In this document: positions 1 through 29,214 of the stretch, piece after piece | How positions within the stretch are numbered: position 1 is the first letter of the stretch | Layout of the letters: each line of letters begins with the position of its first letter | NCBI GenBank assembly: GCA_013265495.1 | Contig: MU061578.1 | Location: 4,103,308 to 4,167,307, forward strand | From: Vicugna vicugna | Lineage: Eukaryota | Length of the DNA: 64,000 bases | Direction of reading: 5' to 3' | Position numbers and translations under genes: made by a program | Notes under the pieces: model-generated | Told to the model about the DNA's origin: nothing | The model's database searches: none | What the model saw: only the letters and a program-made list of their open reading frames with translations

Positions 1-289
1 TGGGGGTGTAGCAGTCCCTTACCCAAACCCATTAGAATGTACTGACGCCAGTGGAAGCCACATGGGCCCAGGAGGGGATCTTAATAGTTTACACAAAAAA
101 ACGATGTGCAGTAGCACCACCTGAATCTGGAAATACCCTAGCTGTGCCTGGCTCAGGGATGCACTGAGTGAGCTCTGCCATGTGCGGGCGCTGCAGAACT
201 CGGCAGGTGAGACAGTAAGGCACATGGCCTGGAGGGAAGGGCTACAGGTGTCTAGGAGGAAGGCCGGCCGCACCGCATGTGTGCAGTGA

Positions 290-680
290 CCAGCTTCTGG
301 GCACAAGGCCTGCACCACACAAGGAAGCATAAAAAGAAGCAAAAATCCGACTTGCGCTACAACACAGGTGACCCCTGAAAACATGAAGCTCAGTGACAGA
401 AGCCAAACACAAAAGGCCACTTAGCGTGAGTTGACGTATCTCCAACCACCAGAACAGGCAAACCCAAGGAGGTGGAAAGCAGATTAGTAGCCACCAAGAG
501 CTGAGGCGGCGACATGGACGTGACTGCGTAACGAGAACATGTTTCTTTGCGGGTGATGAGAACGTCCTGCAACATCCTGGTGGTGATGATTACACAACCC
601 CGAATGTATGAGGAAACACCAAACTGTACGCTTTCAGAATGATGGATATTATGGTATGTGAACCACATCTCAATTAAAAA
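290..680 (+). mobile_element. Old LINE-1 3' end fragment
   Basis: L1M-type 3' UTR motifs (GAAGCCAAACACAAAAGG..., GGTATGTGAA...CTCAATTAAAAA). Confidence 0.6.
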
Positions 681-1035
681 GCCCACAAAATCACATCTGG
701 AAGGGAACCTGGGATGCGCGCGACCTGGAGACAGGTGAGGGGAGGCCCAATGTGCCCCTCTTATGGGGTTTTAGGTCTCATTTGAACGACTAACATAAAG
801 ATGAGAAATTCACAGAATAAAAACCAAGCTGCCCATGGAGGCAGGATAGAGGAGGAGGGCCAGGAGGCAGTGCTGGGGCCCCAAGGTCTGGGCCTTGCAT
901 CTCCCAGGCCCGGACTCCTGCACCTGCCTGCATCCTTTCGTACCGTGTTCTCTTCATCACCCATGCACCCTTCCTGTTGGTCACACACACGAGCCCTGCT
1001 CTCATCCATGGTGGCCTCAACTGAGCCCAGCTTCA

Positions 1036-20034
<18,999 letters not shown>

Positions 20035-20119
20035 GTCCCGCCGCTGAGGACCGGCCGGGAAGCGCAGAGGCCGTGTTTGTTCTCGTGACCCGCGCCGCAG
20101 CCATGTGACCCGGGCGGTG

Positions 20120-20129
20120 GTCACGTGAC
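20120..20129. promoter_or_regulatory. Perfect palindromic CLEAR element GTCACGTGAC (TFEB/MITF-family E-box)
   Basis: Exact GTCACGTGAC about 90 bp upstream of the CLCN7 ATG; a second GTCACATG at 20102-20109 on the minus strand. Confidence 0.85.
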
Positions 20130-20180
20130 ACGACGGCGCCCAGTGACCCCGACGGCGGCCGCGGAGAGCGCGGGCCCTTC

Positions 20181-20193
20181 TGGGAGTTGTAGT
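20181..20193 (-). promoter_or_regulatory. ZNF143/THAP11-type motif ACTACAACTCCCA
   Basis: Matches the ACTACAnnTCCCA promoter consensus. Confidence 0.75.
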
Positions 20194-22549
20194 CCACCCC
20201 CGGCGCCGGCAGATCCAGGCAGTGGGGCGGGCTCCATCCAGCAACAGGCACCCGCCTGTTGGGACCGATCCCCACGTAGCAAAAGGTTGTGCTGAGAAGG
20301 ACACAAAATGGCCTCTGTGGCCCTCCTGCAGAAAAAGCTTCACTGAGGAGAAAATTTGCAAGGAGAAAATTTCAGTTGAACCTTAATTGAGGGACACCTG
20401 CTAATCAGCTGGGCACCTCTTTCTGTAGTGTTGGTGTCGTGAAGGACAAGGCTGAGGGACCGCCCTGGTTGAAAGGAGATTTAAAAGATGGGAACTAAAG
20501 GCTGCTGTGGCCCTGGCATTTTGGGGACAATTGGCAAAGATTGGATATGCACAGTGCATTTGGTAGTAGTGTTATAGCATCACTCAGTCCCCCAAGCGTG
20601 ATCTTCATCTGGGAGTCATATCAAAAAAATCCTTTTCCTCAGGAGACACACACTGAGACACTCAGGGGAACAGGCCGTGATGTGGTAAGATGTTAGCACG
20701 TGATAGATGTAGGGTAAATATATACAATGTGCAATGTATTCCTCTTGTAGCTTTTTTCTTTCAATTAGAAACTTAAAAATAAAAAGATTTTAAAAGTTCT
20801 TTAGAGCCTCCCAGGCTGAGAAGACAACCCCTTCTCCCACATAACTCATAATAAAACCAAAACTGAAACCAAGATAAGAGGAAGGAAGCCAAACAGGATT
20901 TTTAATTTTCCCCATGATCACTGTACAATGATGTTTCTGAAACTACTAAGAACAACATTCTTTCAGAATAAGTGTTTTCTCATCCGTGTGACCTAGCTTT
21001 GCCCTTTCGAGAAATGGTGTAAAGAGTATGATGGCCCTGTCTGTGGAGGAGGGCCTGGAGGCTGCGAAGTGAAGCTGGCTCGCTCAAGGCACTGAGGAGC
21101 AGCAAGGTTGGGCCTGGGCTGGTTTGACTGAGTGGACCAGTGGGGTTTGCAAGAAGCCATCCAGACAGGCAGAGAGCTGCGCAGAGCGATGGGGACATAA
21201 GAACAGTTCCAGGGATGGGGCGCCATGCTGGGGAGTTCCCTTTGGGTCGTCTGGTCCTCCACACCCAGGAACACAGCAGACTCAGGTCAAAGGTGGGATT
21301 GATGGAATTAGAGGTAAGCCTGGTGCCTGCTTCAAAATGCACGTGGGTCTTTGTCACTCACCCAGCAGGGATGGCGGATCACATGAGATGTATGTTCAGA
21401 CTCCTCTGCTCCAAAACCTGGATGGGCTTCCCTTGACAGTGTCCAGACTCCTCAGCCGGATAAGCCGGCCCTTCCCAAATCCCCAGCAACCTGAGCTCCC
21501 TCCAAGCTCCCCTTCAAAGCCCCTTCCCAGGTACCTCTGCCCTCCTGGAGGGCCCCCTCCCCATGAAACATCCGAATGTGGCAGCCACGGCGATGCCACC
21601 TCTGCCAAATTCCCGCAGACTTAGGATCTGCAGACACTTGGCAGGAATACTGCTGTGAAGGTGAAACAGCATGGGTCCCCCACGGCACCTAAAGGCAGGG
21701 GAAGGTGGGAAATATCACTCTGCATGGTTTTTTAATGCTGGGGACCCAGCTGTCCCTCCAGAAATACTTCCTAATCAAATTACCAGTCTTCCCCTCAAAA
21801 AGATGTCATCCTTCTCTCCTCAACAGCAGAGTGGGATGGAGCAAGGTCTCCAGAAAAGGCCAAAGGAGCCTGGAAAAGACTTTGAGAAGGGCAGCTCTCC
21901 ATGAATATGGCTGAGTCCTGGGGAAGTGCCAAGAGACGCAGAATCCATGGTTCCAGGACTTTTCTGTGGCCACCCACAGGGTTTTCCAGTCCTAGGATGC
22001 GTCTCCTGACTGTGACTCATGGATGGGCAGACCGTGCTGGGGGAGGTGGCTGGCTGGGTCTTTGAGCAGAAGGCCTGGGATCTCTGGGGCTACAGACAGC
22101 TCTGCAGAAATAGAATGCTGCCAAGGGACCCCAGGGACTGATTTCAGGCACCTCCCCACAGAGCAGTGCCTACTGGCTGCCTCCTTGTGGGCAGAGCTGA
22201 AACCAGGGCCCCTTGTGGAACTGGACTTCTCTAGTTTTTTCCTGCACTTTTAAAATGGGTTACAGTAGGTGAATTCTAAGAACTGGGCTGACTCAGTGAT
22301 TCTAAGCTTCCCCCACAGATGGAGGGGCATCCCCACTGCCCCCACCATACTCTCAACACTGCTCCTTTATCCTGTCTGCACCAACCTTCTGATTCTGTGA
22401 TCATGCAGGGGTTAATTGACATCACACTGAAACTTAAACAAACTGAACCATGCCTGTTCTCATTGTCAATGCTTGTTTTGTTTGTTTTTTTGTTTGTTTG
22501 TTTTAACCTGCCATGATTTAAAATTCTATTTTTAAAAAAGCTATAAAAA

Positions 22550-23250
22550 GACAGACATTATCTATCAAGTGCTGGCAGGAATGTGGAGAAATGAGAAACA
22601 CCACATAGGGTTGGTGGGGATTTAAAACAATGCAGCTGCTTTGGAAAACAGTTTGGTGGTTTCTTTGAAAGTTTAGAGGTGGTTTTATCATTACAACTCA
22701 GCAATTCTACTGCTAGGTATCTGCTCAAGAGAAATGAAAACATATGCCTACACAAAGACTCACATGAGAATGTGCATAGCAGCTTCATTCACAAGAACCC
22801 ACCAACCAGAAACCACTCAAGTTTCGATCGACTGATGAATGGATACACAAAACGTGGTCCTTTACAACAGAATGCTGTTCAGCCACGCAAAAGAGCGAAG
22901 CACTGATGCACGCTACAACACTGATGGACCTGGAAAACGTGATGCTGTGTAAGAGAAGCCAGACACCACAGACCACAGATTTAATGAGGCCATTTATGTG
23001 AAATGTCCAGAACAGGCAAATCCACAGAGACTGAAAGCAGGTCAGTGGGTGCAGAGCTGGAGGAGGGGCTGGATGGGGACAGGAGTGACCCTTAACAGGC
23101 ACGATTTCTTGGGGGAGGACAACAGAAATGTAAAACTGGACTGCGGTGACAGTTGCATATCGGCAAATATACTAAAAATTTTTGAATTGTACACTTACAA
23201 GGGGTGAATTTCATAGCATATAAATTACACCCTAATACAGTAGCTGTAAA
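22550..23250 (+). mobile_element. Old LINE-1 3' end
   Basis: TTGGAAAACAGTTTGG, CAGCAATTCTAC, GAAGCCAGACAC, TTGAATTGTACACTT. Confidence 0.8.
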
Positions 23251-23894
23251 ATCATTGCTCACCTATCGTTAATGTACACGTCTGAATCGCTTGCTCCCTG
23301 TACGGGCCCCCTTCCCAGAGGCTCTGGCCACCTCACCAACCATCACAGAACTTTGATGAAACCCCAAGGGCTCCTGGAGAAGGGGGGCTGTAGCAATGGG
23401 GCCAGGAAGTGGATCCCCAGCCCTCCTCATGAGAGATGTTGGAACAAGGATCACCCAAAGGGAAACTTTCACAAGACGTGTGGAGAGAGGGCCACAACAG
23501 TTCAAATGCAAGGAAAACAGGAGTTCTCCAGAAACGGGCCTGCAGTTGCTCCAAACCTACACCCAGAGGAGAGGCCCCACTGCGATCCAGCAGTCCCAAG
23601 TGGCTGGGTCATTCTACAAAGAGGGGGAGATGTAAGAATGCCACAGGGAGGGAAAGAACGCAGTCCTTGGGATCTCAGGGCTTGGCACTGCCTGTGGGCC
23701 CTCACCCACCCCCCAACACACACACTTGGGAAGCTCACATCCTACGTTACAGGGCAGATGTGCCCAGCCCAGGTCAGAGGCAGCAGAGGGGGACCCTCTT
23801 TGGAGCGTACTGGATTCGGGGGTGGCCGAACATGGCTGGAGACTCACTCCTCTCTCCAGCCCACAGCATGAGCACACTGCTGGGTAGTGAGGCC

Positions 23895-24535
23895 TCATGG
23901 ACAGAGCTGTAAGCAGCTGCAATTTACCCTCTGCACAAATCTGCCTACCGATATGGCACTGGTCAGCGTCAGGATGGCGCCCGTTGGGAGCTCCTTCCCA
24001 GTGGCAAGGTTTGAGACTTCCCCGGGAACCAGTAGCCGGTCCCATATGGCCAGGCCTGCCATGCTCCCCACGAAGGCCTCAGAGCTGTCAAACCCACCCC
24101 CAACGCTGTCTTGCTCCTGACCTAGCACAAGGGACCCTCTGGGAGGAATCTCGTAGCCCTCCCTGAAGTGGGAGCCGGTGGCCACTAGCCTGCGGTCCAC
24201 ATGGAGCCAGTACCTGCCCAGGATGGATGTCCAGATGACGCACACATGGTGCCACCGGCCATCTAGCAGAAGCTGGAGGGGCAGCTCCCTGAAGGCCGGA
24301 TCTCCAATCACAAAGTGAACAGAGCCGGGGACCAGGGAATTGCAGCCATACAGAACCAACTTGTTGTCATTTTCTTCAGTGGCATAGGACAGAAGGGTGC
24401 CCAGGTGGCCCGAGGCTGTGCGGATCCAGCTGCAGATGGACAGGGCCCGCAGGCTGGTGAGGAAGCCAGGGTGAAGGAAGACCACGTTGTTGGTGGAGGC
24501 ATTTGGGAAGACAAGCACTGGGCCCACGTTGCAAA
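23895..24535 (-). CDS. PTX4: PTX4 exon 3 (pentraxin domain)
   Basis: (I)[11 protein letters not shown]...[10 protein letters not shown] (pentraxin signature)...[12 protein letters not shown]...CLQLCP-TGA. Confidence 0.95.
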
Positions 24536-24789
24536 CTAGAAATGGAGGGAGGAAAGAAAGCCTGTACCACAAGGTCACCCAGGAGCACCCAAGTCACAGG
24601 CACTGCTCTCCAGGCGGGTGAGCCGAACACCCCTGGTGGCTGACCACGATTGAGCACAAACGGTGAGGGCGGCGTCTCATTTATCCTGATGCCATCAGCC
24701 CCATTGTACGGATGGGAAGACTGGCAACCAGGTACTTTGCTGAGAGTGAGCCTGAGCTGCACTCCTCACCAACAGAGAGCCCTGGGTGA

Positions 24790-25170
24790 TGGCTTGTGGC
24801 CGCTGTAACAAATTCCAACAAATGCAGTGGCTCAAAACAACACAAATTTAGCATCTCACAGTCTGGAGGTCAGAAGTCACATTTGGGATCTCCCTGGGCT
24901 AAAATCATGGTATGGGCAGGGCTGGTCCCTCTGGAGGCTCTCGGGGAAGACTTTTGCTGCCCTCTCACCTCTGCTCTCGTCCTAATCTCTCCATCCCTGA
25001 AACTGACCCATCTTATAAGGACCCCTGTGATGACATTGGTCGATGGGACCATCAAGGATCCACTCCCATTCCAAAATCCTTAATGCCATCTGCAAAGTTC
25101 TCTCGCCTGTGAGGTGACACATCCACAAAGTCCAGGACCAGGACGTGGACATCTTTGGGAGCATAACTCC
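24790..25170 (-). mobile_element. MaLR (MLT1-like) LTR in PTX4 intron 2
   Basis: GCTGTAACAAAT...GGCTCAAAACAACACAAATTTA..TCTCACAGTCTGGAGG. Confidence 0.7.
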
Positions 25171-25382
25171 TTTGACCAGACTTCCTGCCAGATCTACCTG
25201 ATGGAAGAGTGGGTGGGGCAGGGGTGGGGCATCTGGTCTGAGGTTCTGATTGGCAGGCTGGGGGCTGAGCGAGAAAATCTGCATTTTCAGCCCGCCCACC
25301 TATTGGGTGCCAGGGCGGAGGGCTTCTGTGGCCAGCTCCCAGCTCCTCTCTTCACCTGAGTGGCTCTTGTCATAATCCAGGG

Positions 25383-25780
25383 CAATGGTCCTCAGCTGGA
25401 GATGACCATGCCCCCAGGGGACATCTAGCAACATCTGTAGACAGTTTTGCTTGTCAGAATTTTGGGGCCCCCAAACCTATAGCCCCCACTTTCCTGGGAG
25501 CCCTGGTGGGTCCCTCCAGGTCATCCAGTCAGCCCGGTCTTATTGGTGAGGCCCCTAGAACCATGGAGATGGAGGGAAACCTGCTTCAGTTTAATGGGAC
25601 TCTGAGGGCTGCAAAGTCAGACAGAGGAAGCAGCCCTGTCCAAACTGAGAGTTAAAGATGAGCTGGCGTCCGGTGGGGAGGCTGGGAATGCTGCTAAACA
25701 CCCTCCAGTACCCTGGACACCCCACAATTAGGGACTACCCAACCCCAAATGCCAGTGGAGTCGCTGTCAGGAAACCCTAA
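25383..25780 (+). mobile_element. MER20-like hAT DNA transposon split by about 200 bp of other sequence
   Basis: 5' half GCCCCCAGGGGACAT...TTGTCA (25383-25460); 3' half GATGCTGCTAAACA-like...GAAACCCT (25670-25780). Confidence 0.55.
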
Positions 25781-26169
25781 ACTAGGAGATCGGATATGGA
25801 AAGGCAGAACTGGGGGGCCTCCATGGGTGGGCACAGACCCCACGGGGTACCGGCTGAGGCTGGGGCCCTGCAGAGATTTCCTGCTGTCGATGGTTGAGGA
25901 CTTCCTGGGATCCGGCCAAGACTACTGAGGGTGATCGCCAACTCTGAGTGGACATTTACTGCCTGCAGGTGTGCGCCCTGGGTAGCCTGACTTGCAGACA
26001 AGCTGTCACCTGGATGGTTCTTTTCCTGTAGGGTGGGGCTTGAGGGGTGGAGAGCAGTGTCGTCTCCCCAAAGCCCTGGGAAGAAGGCCTTTTGAAGGGG
26101 ACTGGAGGTCCCAGGAGGCACCGGAGGGAAAAATGGAGATTAATGGGGAAGGGCAGGCATGCTGCTTAC

Positions 26170-26802
26170 TCTCTCCTGGGCTCTCGGGGGTCCGTGCCGG
26201 CTGGCTGCCTGGACCTGGGAGCTTGTGCGTCCCCTGGAGAGGGCGAGTAAAGTCCAGAGGTGGCTCCCTGGGCTCAGGTGGAGCCCCGAGTGCCTGCCTG
26301 CCCCGCTGCAGCTGTGGGGAGCTCGGGCTTGATGATCTAGGCTGGGCTGGGGTCACCCCCAGGGTGGCGGTGCCAGGACTGGCCACCTGTAGTTGCCCCT
26401 CGAGAGTGGCCAGCCGGGCACCCTGGCTCTGGACGAGGGGCATCAGGTGAGCCAGCGCATCCTGCAGGGCCCGCACATCCAGGGCCAGGCTGGAGAGGGC
26501 GTCCCTCTGCGCCTCCTGCTCCTTCCTCTCCCGGACACACTGCCGGCTCCTCTTGCTCAGGGCGGTGTCTAAGGCCAGCAGCCTGGAGTCCACCTTCCGG
26601 CTTCTGCGCTGTGTCTTCCGCATCCAGGTCTTGAGGTGGCCCAGGTCCTCCTGCATGGTGGCCTGCACTGGTTGAGTGCCAGGGCCACAGCCTGGCTCCT
26701 GTGGGCCAGACTCTGGAACCGGGCCTCGAAATTGAAGGACAGGTTGTAGTTGCTGGCAATGCCCTGCAAGTGCGTTAGTGCCGCCTCTTGGAACCTCTGA
26801 AA
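26170..26802 (-). CDS. PTX4: PTX4 exon 2 (coiled-coil region, frameshifted)
   Basis: [20 protein letters not shown]...ALALNQ in one frame, [12 protein letters not shown]...ESPGE in another; CAG acceptor, GTAAGC donor. Confidence 0.9.
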
Positions 26803-27398
26803 CTGCAGAGAGAACACGAGCTGTCATGGGGGATTCTATCCTCACAGCAATGCAGTGAGGTGTGGGCTGATCTCTGCCACCAGCCCTGGCTCTAGCCCCA
26901 GCTCCGCGCTGCAGGGAGTGAGGGCTCCACGGCCCAGCTCCCATCCCACCCTGTGCCCCACGCTCTTCACCCTGTGACCCTCAGGATCCTACCCGCCAGC
27001 AGACCCATAGCTGGATGGGCTTTGTGTTTGTAGGGTCAAAGTAGGGAGAGCTTGGTACAGCCCTGATGCAGGTGGGGTACCCAGGAACCTGCCATGAACG
27101 CACACAGGAGTCTCTGCTCTGTAAGGGACTTAAGACCTCGTGCCCCAAGCCCAGTGGACTGCCCTCCACTACCCAGAGTCCCGCCCAACCCTCACACTCA
27201 GCTGGCTTGTATTCAGAATGGAGCCCACCAAACCTATTGCAGGTTTCCAACCATCGGTGAAGATAGCTGATAAAAAGAACTGGAAACTCCATTCTGAGCC
27301 CACAGAGCACAGAAGCTGACTACTGTTTCGGTACCATCTGTCCTTTGTCTGCCATCAATTAAAAAAACCCAACTGTCCCAAATGGTGGGTATACTTAC

Positions 27399-27539
27399 TT
27401 GTTCCTCTAGTCTACGGAGCCTCTCGAAAAATGGTTTCCTTTGCCTCACAGGGCCAGCTTCCTGCAGCAAAGCCCCAGGCAGATACATAAGCACAAAAAG
27501 GAGGAAGAAAAACAAGGGTTTCCTCCCTGGGCAGCCCAT
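27399..27539 (-). CDS. PTX4: PTX4 exon 1 (signal peptide)
   Basis: MGCPGRKPLFFFLLFVLMYLPGALLQE...RKPFFERLRRLEEQ, donor GTAAGT. Confidence 0.92.
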
Positions 27540-28006
27540 TCTGAGCAGGATGAGAAGCGGGAGGCACCCTGCCTGCTTCAAGCTGCTGCCTCTCCCCACG
27601 CTCCTCCCAGCTCTCCTGGGGAGTGGTTTTCCTTTTTCTGCTCCAGCAGGGAGTCAGGTACTTTCTGCTACCTTAACGAAAGGCATTTGCTCTGGAGAGT
27701 TGGAGGTTCCCAAGGACACGAGCTTAAAACAGATGCAAACAGTTTCTTTGGAAAATAACTCTACTGGGTGCAAGCCTGGGTCCAGCTGGCAGACAGAGGC
27801 GATTGTTTTAGCAGGAGCGCATGGACTTATGTTCCCACATGACAGGGATCCCACTGGGACCTAGGGAGATGTTAGAGCCAAGTCTGCGGTGGGGTCCAGC
27901 ATCCTGGCCGTGCACAGCACATCCTGTGAGGGTTGTCTCTTGCCCTTGCATCAGGCATAGCAAATGGAATTGGGAGCCACTCTAATTTCCTTTTGGGACC
28001 AGGTTG

Positions 28007-28440
28007 TGTAGTGGGCTGAATGGTGGCCCCCCAAAAGGTAGATCTTAGTCCTAAGTCTGGTAACTGTGAACATGAACTTATCTGGAAAAAGGGTCTTCAT
28101 GACTGTAATTAGGGATCTTGAGTTGAGACATCCTGGATTTGGGTGGGCCCTGAATCCAAGGACAAGTGTCCTGATGAGACAGAAGAGAAGACACACATAG
28201 GGAGGGGAGAAGGCTGTGTGAAGATGGAGGCAGAGGTTGGGGTGATGCCGCCACAGGACTACCAGGAGCTGGACGAGGTAGGAAGCATCATCTCCAAGAG
28301 CCTTTGATGGGAGCATGGTCCTGCTGACACCTTGATCTCAGACTTCTCGTCTCCAGAGATATGAGAGAAAACACTGCTGTTGCTTTAAGCTCTCCTGTTT
28401 GTGGTCACTGTTTACAGCAGCCCCAGGAAACTAACAGACT
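28007..28440 (+). mobile_element. MaLR (MLT1-like) LTR
   Basis: TGTAGTGGGCTGAATGGTGGCCCC...CCTGCTGACACCTTGATCTCAGACTTC...GGAAACTAAC. Confidence 0.8.
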
Positions 28441-28709
28441 GTCTGCCTGGGTAAATAGGGGGCAGGGGGGACCTCATCCTAGAGCCAGGTCCACGGACAG
28501 TTGTGACGTAATGAGGGGAGCAGGTTAAAACCGCTGTCAGGGCCAAGACTTGACTTCAAACATGGTGGCTGTGCACAGATGCTGGTCTCCTCTCCCCAAG
28601 CGTCACTTGGATGGCAGCAAGGAAACAAAGGAGAACAGGTGTGGCAACTGATCCTGCAGAGCAGAGAGAGCTGCAGAGGGGGACACTGAGGGGCAGGGAG
28701 TGTGTCCGT

Positions 28710-29214
28710 GTCCTGGGGCTGCTGTATGGGATGAACCCTCCAGGGGGTGGGAGCAGGAATATATTCTCCTGTGGCTCTGGAGGTTGGAAGTCCGAGATTA
28801 AGGTGTCAGCAGGACCACACTCCCCACGAAGGCTCCTGGAGAGGATTCTTCCTGCTGCGTCCAGCTCCTCGCGTTCCTGTAACAGCATCACCCCAACCTC
28901 TGCCTGCGTATTCATACGGCTTCTCCCCTTCCTGTGTGCGTTTCTTCTGTCTCATAAGGACACCTGTCATTTAGAGGGGACGGTAGAGCACGTGCTTAGC
29001 TTGCACGAGTTCCTGGGTACAATCCCCAGTACCTCTGTTTTAAAAATGGACACCAGTCATTGGATTTAGGGCCCACCTGGATATTCCAGGATGATCTTAC
29101 CTCGAGATCTGTAACTTAATTACATCCATAAAGATGGCTTTTCTGAATAAACTCACAGGTTCGGGGGTTAGGACTTGAAGGTGTCATTTTGGGGCCACCA
29201 TTCTGCCCACTACA
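28710..29214 (-). mobile_element. MaLR (MLT1-like) LTR, inverted relative to neighbour, interrupted by a SINE
   Basis: Reverse strand begins TGTAGTGGGCAGAATGGTGGCCCC. Confidence 0.8.
28972..29047 (+). mobile_element. Short copy of the same SINE inserted into a MaLR LTR
   Basis: GGTAGAGCACGTGCTTAGC...AATCCCCAGTACCTC; TSD GGACACC(T/A)GTCATT at 28958-28971 and 29048-29061. Confidence 0.8.

Larger units (their letters stand above)
23895..27539 (-). pseudogene. PTX4: Pentraxin-4 locus with a 1-nt frameshift in exon 2 (candidate pseudogene/null allele, or assembly error)
   Basis: Exons 27539-27399 (141 nt), 26802-26170 (633 nt; 634 needed for phase 0 to 1), 24535-23895 (641 nt). Frame switches at 26666/26667; stop TAG at 26569-26571. 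Gene identity is firm; pseudogene status is not. Confidence 0.65.

Noticed and set aside
26006..26944. 312-aa ORF as a stand-alone gene
   Set aside because: Only 26665-26170 is PTX4-like; the rest is out-of-frame exon or intron sequence joined by the frameshift.
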